64,000 nucleotides of DNA from Eledone cirrhosa (GCA_964016885.1 OZ024740.1:226052001-226116000), one strand, 5' to 3'; counted from the stretch's first letter, positions 10,246 to 25,265 are shown. The notes: generated from the letters alone by a model not told the origin. Program-made: numbers and translations.

Positions 10246-11729
10246 ACGTCTGTTGATTTCAACAACGAATGCTCCAGGTATTTGATTAATGGAACAGTCT
10301 GCTCATAATATTGGTGTGTAAGTGACTGAGATTGTAGAGGCATGTCTACCTTTAATATAATTCTCAGGGAGATTCATCATGACAGAATGTGTGATTAGGT
10401 AGACTTTTTGAAATTTATGTACAGGTTATCTGATGGGCTTCCAATGAGTTTCTATCTACTCAATTTCACTCACAATCTTTAGGTCAACTTGTGACTATGG
10501 AAAATGATACTTTTCCAAACTTCTATGCAATAGGATTAAATCCAGCACCTTATGGAGTAAACTTCATGACCATCTGATTATGCTGTATACACTACAGACA
10601 CACAAATCTCAGTTAATCATATAGTCAAAATCATGGTCTTCATTGATTCACAATAGATGAACAACATATTTATCATAGGATTTCTAAGTCAGCACAGAAA
10701 ACTAGTGGGAATATATTCACAGGGCTTATAGTGGTCATAGTTATATCACCATCATAGTTATTTACATCTAGAGATAAGTGTTTAATTTGTCTATGGATAC
10801 AGTATAGTGCCATGACAGGAAATAAACTTTTAAAACCTTGAGAAACAGGCATGCATCTTATTGATTTTGTCAGTAAAACATTTTCAGCTATGCATACACA
10901 GAAATTCTTAATTCATATATTGAGTGGAGACTTCCACAATATCTTATAATATAGAAATATGTGATAAGTAACTTTTCTCATGATATCTTTGTGTACCTTC
11001 CAATATAGCTATATGTGAAGTTCTTTTCTGTTATCTAGAAGTTATACAATTGTAGATAATTTTCGTTATTATATCTCACTTGAAATAGAGAAACTTTCAT
11101 AGCAAAAGGAAAATTCCTAATATCATCAAATAAATACACAACAGGATATCTTAGAAGAAAAAAAGAGAAAACCCATAACAGCATTTATTGAATAAAGAAG
11201 TGTTATATCATGGAAGCACAAGCAATAAAGTATTCACAATGAAAGATGCTCCCCATTCTCAGAGTTCAGAAATGGTTTCTTTATAACTGTCTAAGACAGC
11301 CACAAATATAGGATTATAATGTCAGATGTACAACCTTTCCTGTTGTGATAGAAGACAAATCTATTACTCCTCACTATCACAGTATCAGCTAGACTTCAGC
11401 AAAATAGAGTCTAAATTATTTGTTCTCATAATTCTTTTATAATTATGTTGGCAAAATGTTAAATGCTAACACAAAAGAATTCCTTGCTAATTTTCATTTT
11501 CAATGAGAGATCGAAAGAGAATTTGTGAATATATGTGTGTGTGCACATGTGTATGTGTGTGCGCACGTTTCTGTATGTGTGTGCATATGTGCACATGTAT
11601 ATGTGCGTGTGTGTGTGTGCATATGCATGCATATTTATTTGCATATGTGAGTGTCTATTTTCATATGCACGTGTGTGTATGTTTGGATGTAATAAGTGAA
11701 ACAAATAACCTAATACAGCTAGAAGACAT

Positions 11730-11760
<31 letters not shown>

Positions 11761-12424
11761 CTTATTCATTTAAAGTTATGTCATGATGGGTAGGTAGTCA
11801 ATTGTTGGTTTGTGTGGCAGATTGGTGAAGATTTTTCCTTTGTTCTGAAGGAGATTTTAGTACTGCTGGCAGTGTTGTTAGTGTTCATAGCTGGAGTTGT
11901 TTTAACAGATGCTTATTTGTGCATCTAAACTTAGACACAATATCTTGTATTTTTGTTCAGTCTGAAAAGGCTACATTGAGCTGTCATATTTCTCAGACAG
12001 ACAGACAAAGCTAAGATAATTTTGAATCATTGTCAGATGGAGGTTAAACTTTTTATAAAAGATGAAATAGCTATGTCAAATACTAGTTGTTGTTGCTTAA
12101 CCCCAGATTCCACTGATTGCACAGACTTGTGATCAAAGACATTACAATCTTGATCATATGAGCAATATTTTTTCAGACTAATATATCTCCAAGTCCATTA
12201 TTCAGGGATATTTTTTAATGGGATTTGGCTGATATTTCAAGCATATGAAAATTGATGTTTATAGAGATGTAGTAGTTGATGAACTGTGATTTTCCAAATC
12301 CTATTCAGTAAGACTTTAATTTTGATATTCTGGATTATTACATTTACTCTTTTACATGTTCCAGATGACTAGCTGAGGTCATGTTGGAGCACGGTTATTA
12401 ATTGAATTGTTTACAAGAACTGGT

Positions 12425-13390
12425 TCAGGACTTAAACATGAAACACATGTCACAGAGCTCCAATACACTATATGGCAACTGCACCCTGGCTCGTGAACTT
12501 AAAAACCTCCAGAACTCAGCGGACAACTTTTCCAGAGCGTACATGTAATACAGACTTATCATCCCTGTGACGCAAACCATGACCAGAACAAAAATCACCA
12601 TCACTGAACTGGACTCAGAGAATGCTGGACCATTTCCATAACTTGACAGCATACTAACATCAAATGCATCCACTTAAAAAGACATCGATAATCCAATCAA
12701 GGTTACCCATGCAGTATGTGGGAAGCTATTCAAAAGAGTCTTCAGCAATCCTAGACTAACACAGACACCACCAGGCTCTTGGTCTACTGAACTGTTGTAA
12801 TCTGAACTCTCCTGTACAACTGTGAGACCTGAGTACTCTACCGTAGAGACGTCCACAAACTTGAACGATTCCATCACATGAAACTTCATCAAATCTTACA
12901 GATCTTATGGCAGGACCAGATCAAAAAGTTCTCCCCTGCACAAAGATGGAGAGATTAGAAGCCACCAACTTTGATAGGCTGGAAAAATTTCCTGAATACC
13001 AAACATCCGCCTGCCCAAACAAATATTCTTCTCAGAGCTCACATCAAGAGAACCTGTGGAGCTCCATACCCTCAATTCAAGGATCAGCTCAAAAACACCT
13101 TGCTGAGAACAGAAATTGATCCAGTCAATTAGGAGATGGAAGCTGCAGAAAGAACCAATTGGAGAACAACAATCCATGAAAAAACAACATCCTTTGAAAA
13201 CATCAGAAGGCAAATAGAAGAGATGAAGAGAGTCCAAAGAAAAGCCAGAGCTTTCCATCCCCTGAACCCTCCTACCCTTTCATGCAGTGGCTGTGATCAT
13301 CTTTTCATATCCAACATAGGGCTCATTTTGTACAGAAGGAAATGCCAATGAACTCCCCAATACTTAGCAATAAGTTCCCCAAATGATGAC
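12425..13390 (+). mobile_element. Decayed RTE (BovB-like) LINE 3' part
   Basis: Frameshifted peptides LLYNCET, LERFHHMKL..ILWQD, RLPKQIFFSEL, FKDQLK, ERTNWRTTIH, and a C-terminal CSGCDHLFISNIGL zinc-finger-like motif typical of this group. Confidence 0.8.
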
Positions 13391-14629
13391 AAGTTTGTAA
13401 GATACAGTTATAGGTAGTTCACTGTTCCAACCATTCAATGCTATTACAAGGTCTGTCTTATGTTGGGTTGTATTCCAAAGCAAAGGTAGGTATAGTGTGT
13501 AATTCACTATTGCAGCGTGTATATAAACTTTATTGGCTTATTACATTTGTTTCAATATTGATTAGCTTAGGGTACAAAAATGTTCTCAATTTCCCCGTTT
13601 TGTCCTTACTGCAAAAACAAATAAGAGCTTTTGTGTTATCTGCTTTTACTAATATATTCTTTATAATAAGGCAGTCAATTTGTGGTAACATTGTTTTAGA
13701 ATGAATTTTAATATGTATTGCAGCTCTCAGTAGTGTTCTGAGTTCAAATTTAAATCCTACTCAAGTTGAATTTGTTTTTAATTCTTTCAGGATTGATGAA
13801 GAAAGCATGAGATCTGTATTAAGGAAGCCCCCTCTCCCACTAGCTATCACATACAAGATGGTCTGCTACATCATGTGTCTGTTTGCAATTACATAAAACC
13901 CTTTATAAAAGCTTCGTACATGGTATCAAATCATACTCAGCTATGAATGATAGCTATAGTAAACATTCTTTACTCTGTCAATCTTTAAACTTGCAACTTT
14001 TCTTCATATTTTCCATCAGGAATCGTTGTTTCAACAATACAACATCTCTCAAGAAACTCTAAATACAAAAGCTCCAAAGGACTTCTACATAATATTTCAA
14101 ACTAAACATTATAGTCCATTACAAGTTACACCCAACAACTAAATAGCTGTAATGTCATTTAAATCCTGTCATTTTCTACAAACTTGAGTGATTAAGAGAT
14201 AAGTGAATTGAATTAAATATAGTAATTTTACTGAGAATTCTCTTAGCCTATAATTCTAAAATTGCTCATTGCATTGCCTCTCATGGGATTTCAAACTCAT
14301 TGATAACAATTTTGGCTTTTGTGCTTTTTTAAAATCTTTATTTTACAAAATTCGACATTACTTTTAAGGTTGATCAATGACCTCCGTGTCTAGAAATTTT
14401 GCCGCCCAAACCCATCTCTAAAAAGATCCAAAATATTCTTATAACTATACAATGTCAAGTAGTAAACAATTCAAGAAATAGAGGTGTTCCAGCATGGCCT
14501 CAGCTCATCGCCTGGAACAAGTAAAGGAGTAAATGTAATAATCCAGAATATAAAAATTAATAAGGTCATACTGAATAGGATTTGGAAAGTCACAGCTCAT
14601 CACCTACTATATCTCTGTAAACATCAGTT

Positions 14630-14762
14630 TTTATATCTCCACTTGTCATGGTCCTTCGTCATCTACTCCGCGAGCTTCAGTGATCTGAGGTCTCACCACC
14701 TCCACCCATGTTTTTCATGGTTTCCTCTACTGCATCTTCTTTCTACTGAGATTTCTTGGTAC
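14630..14762 (-). mobile_element. RTE subfamily A fragment
   Basis: Similar to 4310-4450. Confidence 0.75.
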
Positions 14763-15116
14763 TTGGTATTTCTTGGAAAAAACAAAACATCAGGGTGAGA
14801 GAGAGATGAGTGTAAATAGAAGGAGCTTTCGGATTGAAAACTTCAAAGTGTAAGACAGCTCTGCCTTCTATACTACACGGATACATAACAACATTTATTG
14901 TTGTTGTTATGACTATATAAGCTTCCGTTACCTCCCCAGCCCTTTATATATATTTTTGTTACTTTCGACCTATCTTTTTCACATTCCTATATGTGTCTTA
15001 AAAGGCACGTATTACACATACACTATATATATATATGTATATATATTGACACATACATTTATAAATATATATCTTATTCTTCGGACGAGTTTACACTCAC
15101 AAAAAAAAGAAAAAAA

Positions 15117-15830
15117 GCAGTCATCCTCCATGCACATCACATGTCCATACCATCTCAGTCTTCTCTCCAGCACACCACAACTTATCCCTCTTATACCCAG
15201 TTTCTCTCTCAACTCATATATGCTTGGTCGTTTACACACATTGACATTGCACATCCAACGGAGCAACCTTGCTTCATTTCTCTCCAGCCGTCGCATATCC
15301 TCTGCAGTTGCTGCCCATGTCTTACTACCATGCAGCATCGCACATCTCACACAGGCATCATATAACCAGCCTTTCGTACACAGGAGAAACCCTTCTTTGT
15401 CAACAGAAGAAGCAGCTCCCTAAACGTTTTCCAACCCGTCCTTATTCTAGAAAATATGGCCCCGGAGCACCCCCTCCCATGCTAATCTGATCACCTAGGT
15501 ACCAGAAGCTATCAACCACTTCTATAGAACCCACCTACATTTGAAAAATGTGTCTATCACTGTGATTACTAATGTCAAATTTCCTTGTACATCTACTGCA
15601 TACATAGTTTTCCCTACCTGTTAGTTTGCCTGCTATCCCACTACATCTCTTGTGTACCCAAGATCTGCATTGCGTACATTTTATAGAATTTATGCTAGTT
15701 CCTTTTCTACATATTGAACATGACCATTTCCCTGATGGAATCAGAGTTTTATCCTCTTTTCTACTTATCAACACTTTGTCTTAGCTATGTTCACTCTCAG
15801 TCCTCTTGATTCTAACTGCTGTTTCCATAT
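15117..15830 (-). mobile_element. RTE LINE fragment with PHD-like finger inside the RT C-terminal region
   Basis: GLRVNIAKTK..GKWSCSICRKG..KCTQCRSWVHKRCSG..YVCSRC..VVDSFWYLGDQIS..MLHGSKTW..RLRWYGHV. Confidence 0.9.
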
Positions 15831-17171
15831 ATATATGATGTCTTTACATAGGAATTTCGATCATTAAAATACTTTCATATTTATATGTTTGAACATCAAG
15901 ATGGGATATATGTTAGGTTTCTGGAAAATAGTATTTAACATGATATATCACAATTTAGAAGTTAACTTGTGAAACAACAGCCACTTAGCCAAGAGGAAAA
16001 TCTATCTCTCATTTGCTTATAGAAAATAAAATATAACTACCATCATCAGTAAGAACCATAACAATGAATATAAAAAAAGTATAACATTAAACATATAATG
16101 AAATGCTAAGTAAAATAAAAGGTATATTTTCCAATCATGTAAAATTAGAATATCTTATAGTAAACAACAATACAGCAGGAGATTTTTTTTTATCAAAACA
16201 TAAAATTGATGTTCTAGAAGCTAATGGAACGAGAGGTAATTTTAGTCGTTTTTCTCTTTTTTTTCATACTTTGTTCATTTAGTACAGAAAATAAATTCTA
16301 CATTTGTAAAGGATAGATCTCATGATTTTCTGCAAATAAATGTATTAGGTACTTATCACTTATGTACTGTATCTATATAAAGAAAATACTAAACCCTTAT
16401 ATATATATATATATACACAATATATAATATATATAATATTGAACAACAATATATATATGTTTATACATACTTACATACACAATATATAAAAGATATAATA
16501 CTAAATCACAATATATATGTATATATATACGCAGATACAATATATAAAATATATAATACTAAACCACTATATATGTACCACACACATACATACATATACA
16601 TTCATGATATTTTTTAATGGTTTTACAGTCTAGGAAACTTTTACAATAACTATACCGAGAATTACCATTTCCTATTTAAAGTCTATCAATTATCACACGA
16701 GCAGTAGCATTATTTTCTATGCTCCATAAGGTTTTATTAGCTTTTAATACTTGATACAATCAATAATGTCAAAAGTTTCAAGTTTTTAAATTTTATTAGA
16801 AAGTTTATTAAGATATATTTTTTAATGTTTCATATTTTTTTTCGTCTTGGGCAGGGTTGGGTACATGGAGGTCAATTTGTTGGTATTATTATTTTTTTTT
16901 TTTTTTGTTTTCTTTGTTTGTTTATTAAAGTTCAAGTTGAAATCTATATTTGAAAATTATATCTTCAATGTTGTATGTTCGATGCAGTCTTATTAGATCA
17001 ATCTAATTTTCATTGATTTACTCAAAGCCCGTAAGGAATATATTTTTGATCAATAATACTTGAAAGATTTATTGATTTTTAAAAAGATTTATTCTTTATT
17101 TTGTGAATATTACTATTATGGTTTTTGGTATTGATGATATTGCAATCTTTCTCTGTCTCTGTGCCCTTTCC

Positions 17172-17230
<59 letters not shown>

Positions 17231-20200
17231 TCTCTCTCTTTCTCTCTCTCTCGCTCTTTTTTTCTTTCTTTTCTTCCTTTAATTCTCTAGACTTAATTTC
17301 TTTTATTTGCCAGCTGTGTAGAAATTAATTTAAGCAGCTGTCTAAGATGTGGAAAAAAAATTTGAATGCTTATTTTTCTGTCTACATATAGTCTTTCATG
17401 TTGGCTAGATCTTCAAAGTAACACATCTGCATGAATTTTAAGAGAACATGCTTTTTTACCTGAATTCTCTGTCTTTCATCCAACCATGATCAATAAAATA
17501 AGTTCTTTCCATGTATTTTGCTCCAATGTATAAAACAAAAATGGATCTTTAGTAAACAGGATTGATAGAGTAAGTAGAAAACCAGACTTGTTGCTTTAGT
17601 GCAGTAGTGCTGGATCATTTTTGCTATGGGTTCATTCTAGACTTTCTGAACAAAATCTATTCTAATGAAAAAGATAATAAATGTAACAGCTAAATACAAA
17701 TTAGAACAATGTCTTACAGAAAAAATGTGGATAGAACACAATTCAAAACAATTGCTAGCTTATGCAGAAGGTTGTGTAAATAACAGTAGTAAATTAAAGT
17801 GGAAAGAAGAAGAGCATACTAGATAAGCAGAATATAGTAAAATATTGTTATTGGAATACCAGGCTGAGGTGTTCAAAGCGTTAATCAAGCTTTTCAAATG
17901 CTCTTAGAGAATTGTAAGAGTTTGATAAATTCAATTGCCATGGGCAACACACTTTCCTATCAATTCATTATTGCTGGTTCAAACTATCACATATCTCTCT
18001 ATTTTCCAGATATTTCCTTATCTTTCCAAGTACTTCCCTATATGCTAAAATGTCAATAATTCTCTATGTGATCAGGGCAAATCAATTTAATAGACAATGA
18101 TTTAATTCTTATGAAGTTGCACAACCTAGTGTTTAGGGTGTTGGTATTATGATTGTAAGATAATGGATTTGATCCACAGACCAGATGGTGAATCGTGTTC
18201 TTAAGCAAGGCATTTCATTTTAGGTTGCTCCAGTCCACTCATTTGTGAGTGAGTACCAACAGCTGCTGTCGTTAACCTTGCAATAAATTGGCATCTTTGT
18301 ACTTTTAGTTGCTTACACCACAGGAAACTAGGATAAGATCCAGCCTTTGTCTAACCGATTGCAGCATAGAAAAACAGTCATAAAACAACTGAAGATAATG
18401 ATGATGATGATCCAATTCTTAAAGGTGTAAATAGCTTCAATTTAGGACTGGGAGAACATTACAAAAAAGAGTGAAGGTATAGGGATCACTTTGATAAAGC
18501 AGAGAATAGTAAACTTAAGCTGTTTCTCTGAATTTACTTAGATTAATTGTTGTCTGTGTTTTGGTTATTGTGGCATTAAATGGAGCAGAGATAGATCTCT
18601 TATCGTAAAGTCGACAAGTCTTCCAAATATACCCACACCCTGTTTTGTTCAGTAATTTGAATTTATATCACAACCATGAGAGTGGAAATTTTAAGATATT
18701 GTTTTTAACATTATTATTTTAGATTCATATAATCATATTAACAAGAAATGGTATTATTTTTCACTTACTTATGAACAAGAAAAGATGAATGGATACTGCT
18801 TAGTAGGACCCAATACAGCCAGTTGATATAAAAACAATTAGATTTAGTCCAGCCTGGCATAAAAAAATTATTTTAATAAACAAAATAGACTTTCCTCAAA
18901 TTTTCTTCGTAATTTCAGGTTGTTTTTAACATATTTGATGGCATATAGAAGCCTAGACATATTCAGCAAAGAATATTAGGAAAAAAATACATTAACCTAC
19001 CAGCCATTTTGTTTCGGGGAAGGGGTCTTTCAAGTCACCGAATGTGAACATTATGATAAGAAAAATTAGTAAAAAGTCTAGAAACAGCAAATTTATTCCT
19101 TGAGCAGAGAAAATTTACTCTTTAGGGATAAATTTACTTCTGCTTGGGAGACCCTGAATTGTCCTTTGCAAAATAAATAAATAAAATGGTATCTCCATTT
19201 TTATTAGTTCTGCTACACTTCTTATTAAGTGGCAGCTTTATAAATATGTTAAATTGTGTCAGATGCTTTTTAATGTTTTACTTTTTTGTTTTTACTTTAT
19301 ATGTATTTACCAAAGTATGACCTTTAGAGACATGTTACAAGAAAACTAAACAAGGCTGTTGGGTATTAGAAGGAATGACAGAGATATGTGAACAGAGAGA
19401 CAATTGATGTAGTCTGGCTGAGAAAATTACTCTGTATGTTGGTAGATCATAGCTGATAAAGAAACAGAATAAAGAGATTTTGAGTAAGGTAAATTGGACT
19501 TCAGAAATCAGAATGTTTGGCTTCACAGATGAAATGATGAAAGATCAAGGTGATGGCTGGGAAGAAGATATTATCTTTCAAACATATCTCTTCCTACTTA
19601 TGCCAATGAGAAGAAGGAGATAAATGTAAATTGCACTCATACTAGTTGAGGGTAGAGGGTGTGAGTGTTAGTTTTGGGTGTCAGTAGGGTGTGCAGTGAT
19701 GGTGGTGGTGGTTATATTGATGTTGAGAATGGTTGTGTTGGTGATGATGGTGATGATAATGGTGGTGGTTGTGGTGGTGTATAACAATGATGAGAGTTTG
19801 ATGGTGATAATTGTCATGGTGGTCGTGATTATGACAATGGTAATGATAATCACTTTTAGTATGAGCTAGAATTATTTGTAACTACACACATTTGCATATG
19901 TTTCACCTAAAACCGATTCACTTCGAAGGTAAAATGTCTGTTTTAAAATAAAAATAAAAAGTGACTTATTTCACTAATACACATTTTAAAATGTTATGCT
20001 AAATTGACTTGCTCACTATTACATTACAACTGAGATTTGAAATATTTGAACTAATAGTTGTTGAATTTGTGTGTGTTTGCATGTGTGTATGTGTTTGTAT
20101 ATGTGTATGTATGTATGACCTGTGAACAAATGTCTAGTATCATCAATATAGTTTTGCCTTGGCTTTGTATTCTTTTATGTTCTTTTATGGTTATGCCTGA

Positions 20201-21820
20201 CTACATGGCTATATATCAGTATACTTAAATCATGGTTATGAAAGTAAATCACAGCACTGTTAGTATTTACCTTATCTCATGACATGACTTTGTTGAGCTT
20301 GTGGTATAAATATAAAGGATAAACAATGATAATCATTGTATTCCCCTCTGGTTTTGTATATAAAACAGAACACCTTACCCAACTGCATTCTATTCTATGA
20401 CAATGATAAATAAAAGATAAAGTATTATAGCACCTCACATCAAAGATGGAGATGTCCACTGTAAAAAAAAAATTTTTTGTCACTGCACATAATGACAATT
20501 TAAACACATAAGCTTATTTACTATAAATATTATCTTACTTTATTGCTCCATCATTGAATGGGGCTGATTCTTGATGCTTCACTTTATATGTTTAATGGCT
20601 AAGGATTAAAGCTCTGTTGAAATATTGCTAATCAATGTTGTTAGATTACACTTTTAGTTCCAAATTTAGCAGTTCAACTGCAAATGGCCTTTCAGTCACA
20701 TGTTATACATAAATGTTTATTTGCATAACACACACACAGACTCACACACACATACACGCACTCTCTCTCTCTCTCTCATATATATAATAATCATCATGAT
20801 ATATATATATATAATAATCATCATGATATATATATATATAATCATCATACACACATTATATACATACACACATTATATACATACACACATTATATACATA
20901 CACACATTATATATATATATATATCCTCTCTGATTCTCTCATGAAAATCTGTTGATATGTCAAAAATATTTAAAGTTTACACTTGTGCTGCTAAAACTAG
21001 TGACCATAAAATCATCTGTTGAAGTCACCATCTGTAGGACAAAGGACATATATTTCCTTATTTCCCTATTCGGCAGTGAAACATCACTTATTCAAAAAGC
21101 ATTCTGTTCACTTGGGGGACTGCCTTCCCTTATCTGCAAACTTTTGGATCAATCAAATCAATAGGCCATTATCAATAGAAATATTAACAAGTATATCTGG
21201 TGAAGTCTATTTGGTTTTTGTAATGTGCTTTATATACTTATTCAAATTTATTGATTCCCCTCTCTCTCTCTCTTTGCAAAGCTGTTTGCATTACACTCAA
21301 AGAGAATAAAAGCTTATTTCAGTGAATGAATGGACATAAATTCTTTTCATAATATTGCCGTGTTATTAAAGCTGTAGTAATGTTAATATCAGTATGATGT
21401 CCTGGATTTCAGATTGTTACCTGAATCTTCTCTTTTCACAGTCAGGCCATGTTATCAGATGACATAGGTCTACTGAGATGTTACAATGTGTAGACTATAT
21501 GGTCTCACAGCAAGAGTATCAAATGTTATTCAATTGTCATTTCAAGCTGCTTTATATATCCTCATCATCATCACCATCTAATGTACATATCCAATGTTTG
21601 TATCAGTTAAATGAACTATCATGTTATGAGGCTAGACAGGTCAGATGACCAACTCTTGCTTCTATGTTCTGTTATAATTATAATTATCATCATTTTAGAC
21701 CTACATTTTCAAGCTGGCATGAGTTGCACAGGTTTTATAAGGCTGTGTCCTTCCTGTTGCCAATGATTTTAGTCAATTCATACCACCCACGGGGATATGG
21801 CATGCAAATAGTAAACTGGG

Positions 21821-21851
<31 letters not shown>

Positions 21852-21852
<1 letters not shown>

Positions 21853-21952
21853 AGGGTGTCTCCCAAAAATGTATACACACTTTGATTACCTGTACAGGCA
21901 ATATTTATTAGAATGCTGTTGAAGGTTGTTTATAATTTTTGGTGACACCCCG
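21852..21952. mobile_element. Tc1/mariner MITE (~101 bp)
   Basis: TA|CAGGGTGTCTCCCAAAAA ... TTTTTGGTGACACCCCG|TA. Confidence 0.75.
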
Positions 21953-21961
21953 TATCATTAT

Positions 21962-22284
21962 TTCATCATCATTTCATTTTACGTCCGCTTTCCCTGCTTG
22001 CAAGGGTGGGGCGGGAACTGATGCTGGCTGGATGCCCTTCCTAACACCAACTTCATTTACAGTGAGTGCTGGGTGCTTTTTTGCCGTGAAACCTCCACGA
22101 CCACTTTGCAGTGGAATGATATGGACCCCAGTCCCTAGAATCTCATTTCTACAGCTGAGTAAACTGGAGCAATGTGAAATAAAGTGTCTTGCCCAAGGAA
22201 ACAACACATCACCCGGTCTGAGAATTGAACTCACAACATTTCGATTGCAAAGCCAATGCTCTAACCACTAAGCCATGCGCCTCC
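21962..22284 (-). mobile_element. tRNA-derived SINE family B (CORE-like middle, RTE-A tail)
   Basis: Minus strand: TGGCTTAGTGG A-box, GAGTTCAATTC B-box, CCTTGGGCAAGACAC core. The last ~45 nt match the RTE-A 3' end. Confidence 0.88.
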
Positions 22285-22520
22285 ATGTATATATATATAT
22301 ATCATCATCATCATCATCATCATTGTTAAACGTCCATCTTCCACACTAGCATAGGTTAGATGGTTTTGTTCCATTTGATGTGAGATTGGTCAGGAGACCG
22401 TGTCTCACTTGTACGGAAGTGTCTCTAGCAGGTTTTCTATGGCTGGAGGCCCTTCCTAACACCAACCACTTTTACAGGTGTAAGTGAGCAAAGTCAGTTT
22501 TTATCAATTTTATATATATA

Positions 22521-22610
22521 TAATTGTTTCTACTTTAGGCACAAGGCCAGCAAATACCCAGTGCATCACTGGTACTTTATTTTATCGACCCCGTAAGGAT
22601 GAAAGGCAAA
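22521..22610 (-). mobile_element. SINE family A, 5'-truncated
   Basis: TGTTTCTACTTTAGGCACAAGGCCAGC...GATGAAAGGCAAA. Confidence 0.85.
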
Positions 22611-22863
22611 TGATATACGAGGATATATCAATTGAGAAACAAACTAGTATTTTTTATATATAAACATATATAGCAAATGATATGTTATTTAAATATAAAT
22701 TTAAAGTCATACACTTAGGTTTTAGAATAAAGCTGTACCCACTCAAAGATTATATTGTACTTAGATGGCCATACTTCCATAGTAGATTTAAATACAAATT
22801 TAAGCCATACTGGCCATCTAAGTATTCTATCTGTTTGGCTTTAAATGTGTGTGTCTGTGTGTC

Positions 22864-22973
<110 letters not shown>

Positions 22974-23138
22974 AATATGTATATATATTCATTTTATTAA
23001 AGCTAAACAGTGAGTATTGTTACTCTGGAGTTTCACCTATTTATCATCAGACAAGATGACCCCTTGATAAACAGGCAAAACTGAATACTAAAACTCTACT
23101 TCAGTATTGAGGACTCTTTTGTCTCGGCTGTCAACCAC

Positions 23139-23215
<77 letters not shown>

Positions 23216-23287
23216 GTTAATAAATGAAAAAACACAGGAAGCAAAATTTACAGTTATATTAGGCTCATGCTTGGAGGAAGTGGAGGA

Positions 23288-23324
23288 AGGTTTAATGTTT
23301 CGGACAGAAGTCCTTCTTCAGGAA
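23288..23324 (-). ncRNA. Hammerhead-like motif (Penelope pLTR remnant)
   Basis: Minus strand CTGAAGA-A-GGAC(TTCT)GTCC-GAAAC-ATTA. Stem I is not intact. Confidence 0.45.
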
Positions 23325-25018
23325 AGTTTGGATAAGGAGAGAACGGATGGACATATGAGTAGTGTGAAAAGGTTAAAAAAGGAAGTTAACAAAAAATGCT
23401 TGGACAGGAGAAGGATAGATTGTATGGTCTGGCCTGGGTATGGGGATGTCAGGGGTGTGATTGTGTGTGTGAACTGAAGGGAAGAAATTGGTATGTATGC
23501 ATAGCTTTAGTTTATTTGTGTTTGAGGCCATGTGGGTGTCCCAGGGTCTTATAAAGTTGTGTGTCCACTTGTGTGTGTGTGTATGTCTGTGAGTATGTAC
23601 GATTGTGTGTGTGTGTGTATTATCAAGTGTGTGTTGAATGAGTGTGTGAGTGTGTCTACACATGGATGTGTATAGATGATTTTTAATTGTTTGTATGTAT
23701 GTGAGTGTATACGTTAGCATGTATATGTGCTATGTATTATCTGTAGAGGGAAGGTTTTGTGTGTATGTGCATTTATGTTTGGGTATGTCTGTGTGTCCAT
23801 CTATGTGTATGTGACTTGTTTCCATTGTTTTTACGTATCTGAGAGTATATTTTAGCTTGTCATTATACAATGATATATATAGGACAAGTTTACTTATAGT
23901 TGCTGTCAACTAAATTTACTGTGCATTGGGATTGAACTTAGAAGCATATGGTTATGAAGCAAATGTCTTAATCATACGGCCATGTCTGAACTTATTGTAG
24001 CATATAGACATGAAACATGTGTGAATATTAAGTATGAAACAGATGAGTGGTAGACAACTGTGTGGCGGAGATTTTGCTACATGATACATTGACTGGCTGT
24101 CCAAAGCAGCAGTTGATATACCACTATTTGGTGTTGGTTAAGAATTGTGGTGAATATTTATTCAAGCAATGTTTAGCAAATAGAATCTCTTGTTCTGCAA
24201 ATGGCTATTGTTGAGCGGAGTTATTTTACAGGGAATGAGGGAATTTCACATGATATGCTGAATAATCATCAATGAGATATGAGAGTTTGAGATTTCTAGA
24301 ATGAGTTAAACAATATTTGAATAAATGCAAGGAAATGTAATATGAGTCATTGGCGTTCTTTATTTACATTAACTTAGTATGACTACAACATTGCTAAGCT
24401 TCCATAACTGTGAAATTATATAACGTTAATAGGTGTTATATATGTAAGCTAATATTCCTAAGGGCCATAACAGTTCTTGGTATACATTTCATCTATGATG
24501 CATTTTGCAATTTGTTAATTTCACAGCTTTACAATTATGATGCTCTAATTAGTGAGACACTTTAATACTTGCAGCATTCAATTTGAATAATGCAAGCAGG
24601 GAAAAGTGGACGTAAAATGAAATGATGATGATGACATGTTAATTTCTGATCTTATAATTAACATATTTAAGAACCAAACCTAGAATATAATTTCAAGATC
24701 AACTCTAGGAAGTTGGTCAATTTAATACTGTTATTTCATTAATAATATAGTGGACCCTATGTCAGTCTCAATGATGAGTGTTCCAGTTATTTAATCAATA
24801 GAAAGGACTACTCATTAAATTAACATATTAGTAGTTGAGTATTTCATAGACATGTGTACCGGTAAAATAATTCTCAGGGAGATGTAGTTGACCCAAGGTT
24901 ATTGGAAAAGACACTTGATGAGGATTCCATACAATGGGAACAAACTTGAAACTTCATGATAACAAAGAAAATTTCTTAGCCATTCTCACTGGCTCAATCA
25001 TTATTAAAATAGATAATA

Positions 25019-25265
25019 CAGTGGAACTTTGGTTCATGAACGCCTCTCATCATGAACAAATCAATTCACGAACAATTTTTTAGAACATAAAATGTCACAG
25101 TTCATGAATGGTGTCTTGAGTAATGAACATACAACAGTCTTTCTTTCTCTCACTCTCTTTCTATATATATATATATTTATGGGGAAAATAGTTTCGGTTT
25201 AAGAACATTTTAGGTGACAAATGGCATTCAGGAAAAAATTAAGTTCATGAACCAAGGTTCCACTG
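25019..25265. mobile_element. pogo/Tigger-like MITE
   Basis: 23-bp TIR CAGTGGAAC(T/C)TTGGTTCATGAAC (22/23 match) with TA on both sides. Confidence 0.92.

Noticed and set aside
20952-21200. ARM-repeat-like peptide (SLGGLPSLICKLL)
   Set aside because: Short motif, in-frame stop follows, no convincing donor; may be chance.
22170-22284. tRNA genes at SINE heads
   Set aside because: A and B boxes are present but there is no complete cloverleaf; they continue into SINE bodies.
23028-23055. Minus-strand CTGATGA..GAAAC motif
   Set aside because: The intervening TAAATAGGT cannot form stem II.
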